Source of the DNA: Paraspadella gotoi | Lineage: Eukaryota > Animalia > Chaetognatha | DNA: 64,000 bases | Reading direction: 5' to 3' | Assembly (NCBI GenBank): GCA_051294375.1 | Contig: CM119270.1 | Location: 2,774,713 to 2,838,712, forward strand | In this document: positions 41,085 through 64,000 of the stretch, in pieces | Layout: each line of letters begins with the position of its first letter | Position numbering within the stretch: the first letter of the stretch is position 1 | The notes under the pieces: model-generated | Seen by the model: only the letters and a program-made list of their open reading frames with translations | What the model was told of the DNA's origin: nothing | Database searches by the model: none | Made by a program: the position numbers and the translations under genes

Positions 41085-41237
41085 TATTGCCATCTCCATT
41101 TCCATCTCCATTGCCAACCCTATTGCTATCTCTATTGCCATCTTCTTTGCCAACCCTATTGCATCTCCATCGCCATCTCCATCGCCATCTCCATTGCCAT
41201 CTCCATTGCCATCTCCATTACCATCTCCATTGCCATC
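41085..41237. repeat. 12-bp minisatellite (TTGCCATCTCCA)
   Basis: Visible; copies at ~57635-57785 (inverted) and ~59475-59627. Confidence 0.85.
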
Positions 41238-42199
41238 CGCCGATCGACGTAGTCATTTTCTTTCCTTCTTGTTCCTCACATAAAAATCTCGATGGATTTT
41301 CGTTTCTTTTATTTTGTTTCATGAAAATTTTATCCTCATTTTATTTCTCTTTTATGTCTTCCAATATTATTTTTTGCTTTCGCTATCCTTTGGCCTTTTT
41401 TTTTAAAAGAAATAAATAAATAAGTAAATAAATTGATTATTCGATCTGACATGAGATTCTTGCCTTGTGAGTTTCCAGTGAACCTATCACTTATTCTTGC
41501 AAATCGACTTTCGGTGAATAATTGAGTTTACAAAACTGATTTAACTTTTTATGTTTCATTCTAGAATCACATATAAAAATCAACAATATAAAAAAGCAAA
41601 GATTGTTTTTCTGGTTGCTTCATCTGGGGAAAGAATCCCACTCTCGAAAAGATTGATGTTTTGAATTGAGGCTGACGTTGCAAAAATATTTGTGAGGAAA
41701 TAAATTGGCTGTGGAAAGTGAAAAGTGTAAAGTGTATACTGTATACTGTATAGTGTAAGCTGTACCTTTCTACGAGATAAATTTTGCATTTGATAGGGTA
41801 GGGTAGTATATCGCCCCTGTAATAATTTTCTTCCCATTGGAGATTATTTTTTATGAAATTGGTACAACCAATACAAAAATTATCCATTCATTTAATAAAT
41901 AAGCTATCTTGCCCCTGACTTTGGACAGGCTTTGATGGTTAAGGCCTCCATCACTCTTACAAGATAATTACATAGCAGGTCCCTGCAAGCTTTCAATCAA
42001 GACTCTCTCACAGTCTCGTTTATTCACTTCCAGAGTACTGGCTTTCTATCAATGAAGTGGTATAATGTTTCAAAGAATGTTTCAATTGGATGAAAAGACC
42101 ACTCCCTTATTAGTTTTGAATGAAACCAAAAAAAAAAATTGGCTTCAGTTTGACAAGTCAATCCAAAAATAAATAAGGGTTTGAAGAGACAGTAATAAT

Positions 42200-42380
42200 T
42201 GTTCTATGTTAATGACAGAACCGTTCAATATAAGCAGTCCTGAGCTTCGGATCGGGCTGTAACACCGTGTTACAGGCGGGTTAAGCGCCCCGTCCCTCTT
42301 AACTGCTAGGCGACCACCGGGCTAGAACCCGGACCTTTGGGTTGGGAGGCGAATGACTTGCCTCCGGCACCAATGGCCGC
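42200..42380 (-). mobile_element. tRNA-derived SINE (Gly-CCC-like head at 42310-42380)
   Basis: Head GCGGCCATTGGTGCCGGAGGCAAGTCATTCGCCTCCCAACCCAAAGGTCCGGGTTCTAGCCCGGTGGTCGC has an acceptor stem GCGGCCA/TGGTCGC, T-stem CCGGG/CCCGG, and A- and B-box-like motifs. The anticodon stem is broken and a non-tRNA GC-rich body follows. The 3' end is approximate. Confidence 0.7.
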
Positions 42381-42453
42381 TGAATGAACGGTTGGTGGAT
42401 TTTAGTCCACCATATGTTGTTATATAACGTCACCTGCAACCCATTAATTTAAA

Positions 42454-42503
<50 letters not shown>

Positions 42504-44019
42504 TATTGCTGATGACCTTTGCCATCGATATCAATCTTTCAATCAACCCATCATCAATCCTTCAATCCAACCAATCATCTGATTTCCGACTGACATTTTC
42601 TTTCGGATTCTCTCGTTCACATTTTCGTTTTGTCTACATAACATTTTCGCTCTGCCGACGTTAATAACTTAACCTTAGCATTTCTCGCCGAGATTTCTCG
42701 GCCAACTTCCGGTCTCGTCTCTAATTTCCTCTCGGTCAAATAAATCTCGAGCAATGACTGTCACTCGGCTGACGAATTCTCACCCGCAACGATACCGAAA
42801 GCCGGTGCCGACACAAACCGCCGACTCAGACCGACGAGACAGTCTGCCGACGTTGACCGCCGACGCTGACCGACGGCGTCTCTGCAGACCGCCGACAACA
42901 GACTGATGGTTTTCGTTTGTCGATTTCAAATTATAATTCTTTCGGGTTTACCAGTTAATGTAATGTCTAGGCTCTCTCTCTCTCGTCTCTGTCAGGTCAA
43001 TCACATTTGACCACTTTGTATTCGTGATATTAACCGCTTTTAAATGTCAACTTAATTTTTAGTCTCGTGTACCAAAATGTGTCATTCAATATCCAAATAT
43101 CGAATCTTGTAAGCGTCTGCTCGTGTGAAATGAAAGTTTCTACGGGTTTGATTATGAAAATAGAATAATAATTATTCAAAATTCTCGTCGTACTTTTCGG
43201 ACGGGCGACGCCTCGAACGCGCGACCCAAGCATAAAAAATAGTGGAAATATTCACGCGGACCTGTTTTCAAGCTCCGGTTTAGGGATGAAATCGATTCAG
43301 GATTTTGAAAAAGAAAGAATGGGAGCCCGTCTTTCGTTTTAATCTGAACTCAGTTTTTAAAAATCCATATTTTTAAATATTTTTTTCACGATACTTTTTC
43401 TCCCTTTTTTTTTTTCGGAAAATTAATGGAATAATTTCTTTACGTTTTTGAATATCTTTTTTTTCTCCTACTGTTTGAGTTTTAATTAAATTATAAAAAG
43501 GATGAAAATATTATTAATTAATTAATTAATTTACTGATTTAGTCCAGCAAGGAAAACATAACTAAGGAGTCGATGATAGAGTTTTTAACCTTCTAGGTAT
43601 ATATTATATTTTAGACCTGTCACCAATCATCAGTTCAATAATGATGATTTAATGCATTAGCCTAACGAAAAAAGTCCAGATCAACGGAATATTCCGAGTT
43701 CTGCCTCTGGCCGGAACGGTCTTCAAAATTCTCGAGGCTTTCACCAACTCGTCAGAGAGATCGCTTCTTCTCTCGCTCTCTTCATCCTCTTTGTCTTCGT
43801 CGTCGTCTTCCTCCGGGAAATGTCTCTGTCTCTATCAGCGTCATCGTTTATTCGCTTTTGTCAGATTCCTTCATCTTTGACGAGAGGATGTCTTTGTTCC
43901 GAGGTCGTCGTTTGTCGTCGTCGTCGGCGTCGTCGCTGTCGTCGTCGGCGTCGTCTTTGTCATCGTTGTTTGTCTTCGTCGTTGTCTTCTGTCGTCTTCG
44001 TCATCGTTGTTGTCATCAA

Positions 44020-44054
<35 letters not shown>

Positions 44055-44294
44055 TGCTTCTGTCGTCATCGTCGTTGTTTCCTGCTTTTTTTTTTCTACT
44101 TTTTTTTCGCTCTTTCCACCTTTTCACCTTTTTGTTTCATTTATTTTTTTCTTTCCTCTTCTTTTCTTTTATTTCCTTTCCTCCCTTTCCTCCTTTTTTC
44201 ACTTTCTTCTACGAGCTCGACCCTCGGGGCCTCAATTTCTGACTAATGAGAGAAGGACCTCACCCCATTGGCCTTTAATGATTGATTCCCCGAT

Positions 44295-44391
<97 letters not shown>

Positions 44392-44705
44392 GTTAGTATT
44401 TTCCCCTCGCTTATATCCTCTTCCGCGTAACGATGTTTACGGTTTGGTTTGGGTGTTGAAGGCCCCGTAATGGGCATATTGATGGAGGCCCCGTATCGAG
44501 CGTAATTACGCGCGGTAAATTTAATGCGTTTTTTCTTTTTTTTTTTAATGCGGTTTTTTTTTCCTTTCGCACTCGACGAGGAAACGCGAAGTTATTTATC
44601 GCGGCCAGAACGGAAATTCTCTGCTATTTTTTGTTTACCTTTTTTTTTTTAATTTGAACTGGGGAGTCCGTTTTTCATTCCCTGGATGTTTTAAGTGTGG
44701 GAGTG

Positions 44706-44951
44706 CGCAAATTATGCAATTGTGGCAAACTGGGGCCTGTATAAACTGCAAACAGTGCAACGGTGTTCTGTGGAAACTGCAACTGTGCAAACTGTGACTG
44801 TGGAAACTGTGACCTGTGGAATGACTGCAAGTTGCAAAAGGTGTCCTGTGGAAACTGCCAACTGTGAAAAATACTGTGCCCTGTGGAACCTGCACACTGT
44901 GGCAAACTGTGTCCTGTGGAAACCTGCAACTGGGCAAAATCGCGTCGAAAC
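44706..44951. repeat. 31-bp minisatellite (TGTGCAAACTGTGTCCTGTGGAAACTGCAAC), probably the internal array of a non-autonomous element
   Basis: About 7 units; a cleaner copy lies at 63114-63351. The unit length is not a multiple of 3. Confidence 0.8.
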
Positions 44952-45324
44952 ATTCCCTTTCTCGAGTTTTGGTCCGGTCTTTCGTCTCTTGTCTCCACCT
45001 TCCGTCTGTCTCGTCTGTCCCTGGATTGCTTGTTGCATGACGCTCGTCCCCGATCGCCTGTCCGTCCCTCCCGCCTGCCGCCTGCAACGATCGCCTGCAA
45101 CGATGCGCGTCCGTTGAATTTCATCTTAAATCGACTTCTCTGTTTGCAAACTTTTTTTTCCGCTTCGGTTCGCTTCTCTCGCGCTCGTTTGCAATTATTA
45201 TATTCCTACGAAACTACCTCTTTTTCTTTTTTTTTTTCTTTTTTTTTCCTTTCTTTCTTTCTTTTCTTTTCTTTTTCTTTTCTTCTTTTCTTTTCTTTTT
45301 CTTTTCTTTTTCTTCTTCTTTTCA

Positions 45325-46007
45325 GAGAGAGAGAGAAAGTGAGAGAGAGAGAGTGAGTGATACTCTGTCGCTAAGCAACCAAAAAGACGTGATTCGGCAT
45401 AGTCGCCATCTTTAACCTTTCTTCCTCCAAAGTTTGGATTTTGTAGAGACACAACAGATTTGGATCGATAACTCTATTTCCTCTTTTCTCGTTGGAAGAG
45501 AAAAATGGAGATTGGGAGGTTCCTTTCTTTTTTCTTTACTTCTTTCTTATCTTTTTATTTCCCTTTCTTTCATTATTTCTTTCTTTCTTTCTGTCTTTCT
45601 TTCTTTCTTTCTTTCTTTCTGTCTTTCTTTTTTTTCTTTCTTTCTTTTATAATTTGTTCTTCCTTTTTTTTAATCATTTTTTTTTCTTATTTCTCCCTGT
45701 TTTTGTCAGTTTTTCTTTTCTATTTTTCTTTTCCTTTGATTTTCTTATTCTTTCTTTTCTTTCTTCATTTTTTTTATTTCTTTTTCTAGTTTTTTTTTAA
45801 CTTCTTTCTATCTTAACATAAATTATCCAGGTTGAAATCATCTTCAGCTTCAAAATAATAATTATCATTATCAACAACATTAACAAAAAAAATATCATTA
45901 TCATCATCATCATCATAATCTTTTCCTTTCGTAAACAATTAGAGGAATAACATTTTTGTCTTCGATTCTCAATTTCTCGCTTCGATGTTTTCTTCCTTCT
46001 TTTCTAA
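45325..46007 (+). repeat. Direct duplicate of ~39370-40045, entered through a (GA)n tract
   Basis: Same ORF starts (MDFVETQQIW..., MEEKNGDW...) and sequence. Confidence 0.92.
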
Positions 46008-54339
<8,332 letters not shown>

Positions 54340-54369
54340 NNNNNNNNNNNNNNNNNNNNNNNNNTCTAA

Positions 54370-54504
54370 CTGCGCGTTAATTACCGCCTTACGCTCGATA
54401 CGGGGCTCCATCATATGCCCATTACGGGGCCTTCAACACCCAAACCAAACCGTAAACATCGTTACGCGGAAGGAGGATATAAGCGAGGGGAAAATACTAA
54501 TCCA

Positions 54505-54589
<85 letters not shown>

Positions 54590-56368
54590 GCAATCGGGGA
54601 ATCAATCATTAAAGGCAATGGGGTGAGGTCCTTCTCTCATTAGTCAGAAATTGGGGGCCGAGGGTCGAGCTCGTAGAAGAAAGTGAAAAAAGGAGGAAAG
54701 AGGAAAGGAAATAAAGAAAAAAGAAGAAAGAAAAAAAATAAATGAAACAAAAAGGTGAAAAGGTGGAAAGAGCGAAAAAAAAAAGTAGAAAAAAAAAAAG
54801 CAGGAAACAACGACGATGACGACAGAAGACCAACGACGACGACGAGCGACGACGACGACGCTTGATGACAACAACGATGACGAAGACGACAGAAGACAAC
54901 GACGAAGACAAACAACGATACAAAGACGACGCCGACGACGACAGCGACGACGCCGACGACGACGACAAACGACGACCTCGGAACAAAGACATCCTCTCGC
55001 AAAGATGAAGGAATCTGACAAAAGCGAATAAACGATGACGCTGATAGAGACAGAGACATTTCCCGGAGGAAGACGACGACGAAGCAAAGAGGATGAAGAG
55101 AGCGAGAGAGAAGCGATCTCTCTGACGAGTTGGTGAAAGCCTCGAGAATTTTGAAGACCGTTCCGGCCAGAGGCAGAACTCGGAATATTCCGTTGATCTC
55201 GGACTTTTTTCGTTAGGCTAATGCATTAAATCATCATTATTGAACTGATGATTGGTGATTGGTCTAAATATAATATATACCTAGAAGGTATAAAACTCTA
55301 TCATCGACTCTAGTTATGTTTTCCTTTCTGGACTAAATCAGTAAATTAATTAATTAATTAATTAATATTTTCATCCTTTTATAATTTAATTAAAACTCAA
55401 ACAGTAGGAGAAAAAAAAAGATATTCAAAACGTAAAGAAATTATTCCATTAATTTTCCCGAAAAAAAAAAAGGAGAAAAAGTATCGTGAAGAAAAAATAT
55501 TAAAAATATGGATTTTTAAAAACTGAGTTCAGATTAAAACGAAGACGGGCTCCCATTCTTTCTTTTCTAAAAATCCTGAATCGATTCATCCCCTAAACCG
55601 GGCTTGAAACACGGTCCGCGTGAATATTTCCACTATTTTTTATGCTTGGGTCGCGCGTTCGAGGCGTCGCCCGTCCGAAAAAGTACGACGAGAATTTTGA
55701 ATAATTATTATTCTATTTTCAAATCAAAACCCGTAGAAACTTTATTTCACACGAGCAGACGCTTACAAGATTCGATTTGGATATTGAATGACACATTTTG
55801 GTACACGAGACTAAAAATTAAGTTGACATTTAAAAGCGGTTAATATCACGAATACAAAGTGTCAATGTGATTGACCTGACGAGACGAGAGAGAGAGAGCC
55901 TAGACATTACATTAACTGGTAAACCCGAAGAATTATATTGAAATCGACAAACGAAAACCATCAGTCTGTTGTCGGCGTGCTGCAGAGACGCCGTCGGTAG
56001 CGTCGGCGGTCAACGTCGGCAGACTGTCTCGTCGGTCTGAGTCGGCGGTTTGTGTCGGTACCGGCTTTCGGTATCGTTGCCGGGTGAGAATTCTCAGCCG
56101 AGTGACAGTCATTGCTCGAGATTTATTTGACCGAGAGGAAATTAGAGACGAGACCGGAAGTTGGCCGAGAAATCTCGGCGAGAAATGCTAAGGTTAAGTT
56201 ATTCGTCGGCAGAGCGAAAATGTTATGTAGACAAAACGAAAATGTGAACGAGAGAATCGAAAGAAAATGTCAGTCGGAAATCAGATGATTGGTTGGATTG
56301 AAGATTGATGATGGGTTGATTGAAAGATTGATATCGATGGCAAAGGTCATCAGCAATATCGTCGTCGT

Positions 56369-56409
<41 letters not shown>

Positions 56410-57973
56410 TTTAAATTAATGGGATTGCAGGTGACGTTATTTAACAACATATGGTGGACTAAAATCCACCAACCGTTCATCAGCGGCCATTGGTGCGCGG
56501 AGCAAGTCATTCGCCTCCCAACCCAAAGGTCCGGGGTTCTAGCCCGGTGGTCGCCTAGCAGTTAAGAGGGACGGGGCGCTTAACCCGCCTGTACACGGTG
56601 TTTGCTTACGCCCGATCCGAAGCTCAGGGACTGCTTATATTGAACGGTTCTGTCATTAACATAGAACAATTTTACTGTCTCTTCAAACCCTTATTTATTT
56701 TTGGATTGACTTGTCAAACTGAAGCCAATTTTTTTTTTTGGTTTTCATTCAAAACTAATAAGGGAGTGGTCTTTTCATCCAATTGAAACATTCTTTGAAA
56801 CATTATACCACTTTACTTGATAGGAAAGCCAGTACTCTGGAAGTGAATAAACGAGACTGTGAGAGAGTCTTGATTGAAAGCTTGCAGGGACCTGCTATGT
56901 AATTATCTTGTAAGAGTGATGGAGGCCTTACCATCAAAGCCTGTCCAAAGTCAGGGGCAAGATAAGCTTATTTATTAAATGAATGGTATAATTTTTGTAT
57001 TGTTGTACCATTTCATAAAAAATAACTCCAATGGAAGAAAATTATTAACAGGGGCGATATACTACCCTACCCTATCAAATGCAAAATTTATCTCGTAGAA
57101 AGGTACAGCTTACACTATACAGTATACAGTATACACTTTACACTTTTCACTTTCCACAGCCAATTTATTTCCTCACAAATATTTTTGGCAACGTCCAGCC
57201 TCAATTCAAAACATCAATCTTTTCGAGAGTGGGATTCTTTCCCCAGATGAAGCAACCAGAAAAACAATCTTTGCTTTTTTATATTGTTGATTTTTATATG
57301 TGATTCTAGAATGAAACATAAAAAGTTAAATCAGTTTTGTAAACTCAATTATTCACCGAAAGTCGATTTGCAAGAATAAGTGATAGGTTCATGGAAACTC
57401 ACAAGGCAAGAATCTCATGTCAGATCGAATAATCAATTTATTTACTTATTTATTTATTTCTTTTTAAAAAAAAAGGCCAAAGGATAGCGAAAGCAAAAAA
57501 AATAATATTGGAAGACATAAAAGAGAAATAAAATGAGGATAAAATTTTCATGAAACAAAATAAAAGAAACGAAAATCCATCGAGATTTTTATGTGAGGAA
57601 CAAGAAGGAAAGAAAATGACTACGTCGATCGGGCGGATGCAATGGAGATGGTAATGGAGATGGCAATGGAGATGGCAATGGAGATGGCGATGGAGATGGC
57701 GATGGAGATGGCAATAGGGTTGGCAAGAAGATGGCAATAGAGATAGCAATAGGGTTGGCAATGGAGATGGAAATGGAGATGGCAATAGAGACAGCAGAGG
57801 GATGGAGTGGAGTGGCAATGGAATGGTAATGGCATGGCGATTGGATGGCAAAACATTTCCAAATGGCATGAAGATGCCGTTCGGATGGCGAGCGAGCAAG
57901 CAGATGAAGAAGATACAAGCAGATTGCAAGGCGGAATTTGAGTTTGATGGCTCGGAGACTTGGGCGGCTGAGT

Positions 57974-58061
<88 letters not shown>

Positions 58062-58430
58062 CAGAGATGGAATAGCTGGTGTTCTTCTCGCCTCGAGACA
58101 CAAGATGTCGCCAAACTTTTCGATTTGACTGACATTTTTTCTGACGCTTTTCCTGTTGGTTCTTCGATGGAATCTATGGCACAAAACGCGGACGAGAAGC
58201 GAATATTTTTGTTTACAAGGAATAAGATACATATATATTTAACTAGTCGAAAACAAACATTTATGAACAAGGAAAGGCAATATATATAATTTATATATGA
58301 TGGTTTCGCATAGACAGTTTGATTTACCACTTAAAACCTCATATGCGTAATATTATTCGCACGCCGAAAGCAATAAAACTTAAAAATAATTCTACTGGAC
58401 AACCATGATAAAATATTCTCCTCACTTTGT

Positions 58431-58492
<62 letters not shown>

Positions 58493-58829
58493 TACGAAAC
58501 CGCGTTTTTAATATCCTCTCGCGCGGACAATAAATTCCTTTCTCCGCCCACGGGGTTCTCGATAAATATTTTATTTATTTATTTATTTAAAATTCGGGAA
58601 AAAAAAGAAGTTTATTTCAAATTTTATCGCCTATAAAGGTTTTTGGGCGGCGGAAGTGGAACCGCCCCCTCTGCCTCCCCCTGATTCCACCCTGCCTCCC
58701 CCCTGCTTCCACCCTGCTTCCCCCTGCCTTCCCCCTGCTTCGCCCCTGCTCCCCCCTTCACCCCCCCCTTAGGCCAAGGTTCGAAAGACTTGAATTTCTG
58801 AGAAAAGCTTCTTTTTCCCTTTTTTTTAG
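54370..58829 (-). repeat. Inverted duplicate of ~44520->40042
   Basis: Mirror ORFs (54415 vs 44232; 57620-58330 vs 40547; 58339 vs 40344). Confidence 0.95.
56483..56665 (+). mobile_element. Same SINE within the inverted duplicate
   Basis: Same flanks as 42200-42380. Confidence 0.65.
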
Positions 58830-58830
58830 C

Positions 58831-63620
<4,790 letters not shown>

Positions 63621-64000
63621 TTTCTTTTTTTTTCTTTTCTTTTCTTTTCTTTTCTTTTCTTTTCTTTTCTTTTCTTTTCTTTTCTTTTCTTTTCTTTTCT
63701 TTTCTTTTCTTTTCTTTTTTCTTTTTTCTTTTTTATTTTTCACTTATTTTCTTATCTTTCTATTTTTATACATAACATTTTTTTCTTTCTTTTCTTTCTA
63801 ACTTTCTTTCTTTTTTTCTTTCTTTTTTTCTTTCTTTCCCTCTTTTTTCTCTTTCCATCATTTCTTTCTTTCACCTTGCTAGAAGCGAACCATAATCTTC
63901 AACTTCCCTTCCGGCAAAAGCATCCGAAGGCTAAAAGCTTCTTTCCCTTTGGAATGACGCATTATCCACTTTTTTATCCTCGGGGGTTTTTGAGAGTGCA

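Noticed and set aside
41085-41237. His-rich or Ser-Pro-rich protein (LHRH/LHCH, SPLP ORFs)
   Set aside because: A 12-bp minisatellite open in several frames, inside ORFs that also cross (CT)n; no supported exon structure on the plus strand.
42310-42380. Functional tRNA-Gly(CCC) gene
   Set aside because: The anticodon stem does not pair, the T-loop is non-canonical, and there is no poly-T terminator; it continues into a SINE-like body.

Overview
Eukaryotic, most likely invertebrate animal, draft-assembly window: AT-rich, dense in (GA)n, (GAC)n, (GAT)n and (AAT)n microsatellites, with many N gaps. Almost all supplied ORFs are microsatellite or gap translations. One gene is solidly supported: a 5-exon myosin essential (alkali) light chain on the minus strand (27131->25323, 149 aa, all GT-AG introns in phase, TATA box upstream). 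Also present are a frameshifted, 3'-truncated BEL/Pao LTR retrotransposon (~31.7-37.1 kb, +), a probable 3' LTR near 1.8-2.2 kb, a tRNA-derived SINE, a MITE carrying telomere-like repeats, and a weak MULE transposase relic. About 45.3-63.6 kb is almost entirely inverted or direct re-copies of 26-45 kb that differ by homopolymer indels, so it is probably an assembly or long-read product. The most striking signal is that the two fold-back points (46005, 58830) are the reciprocal junctions of an inversion of one 411-bp segment (40044-40454), with both orientations represented in the window. A second is that the BEL block is present in one copy of the locus and absent from the other. I cannot support a new biological system from the sequence alone; these structural leads need raw reads or PCR.
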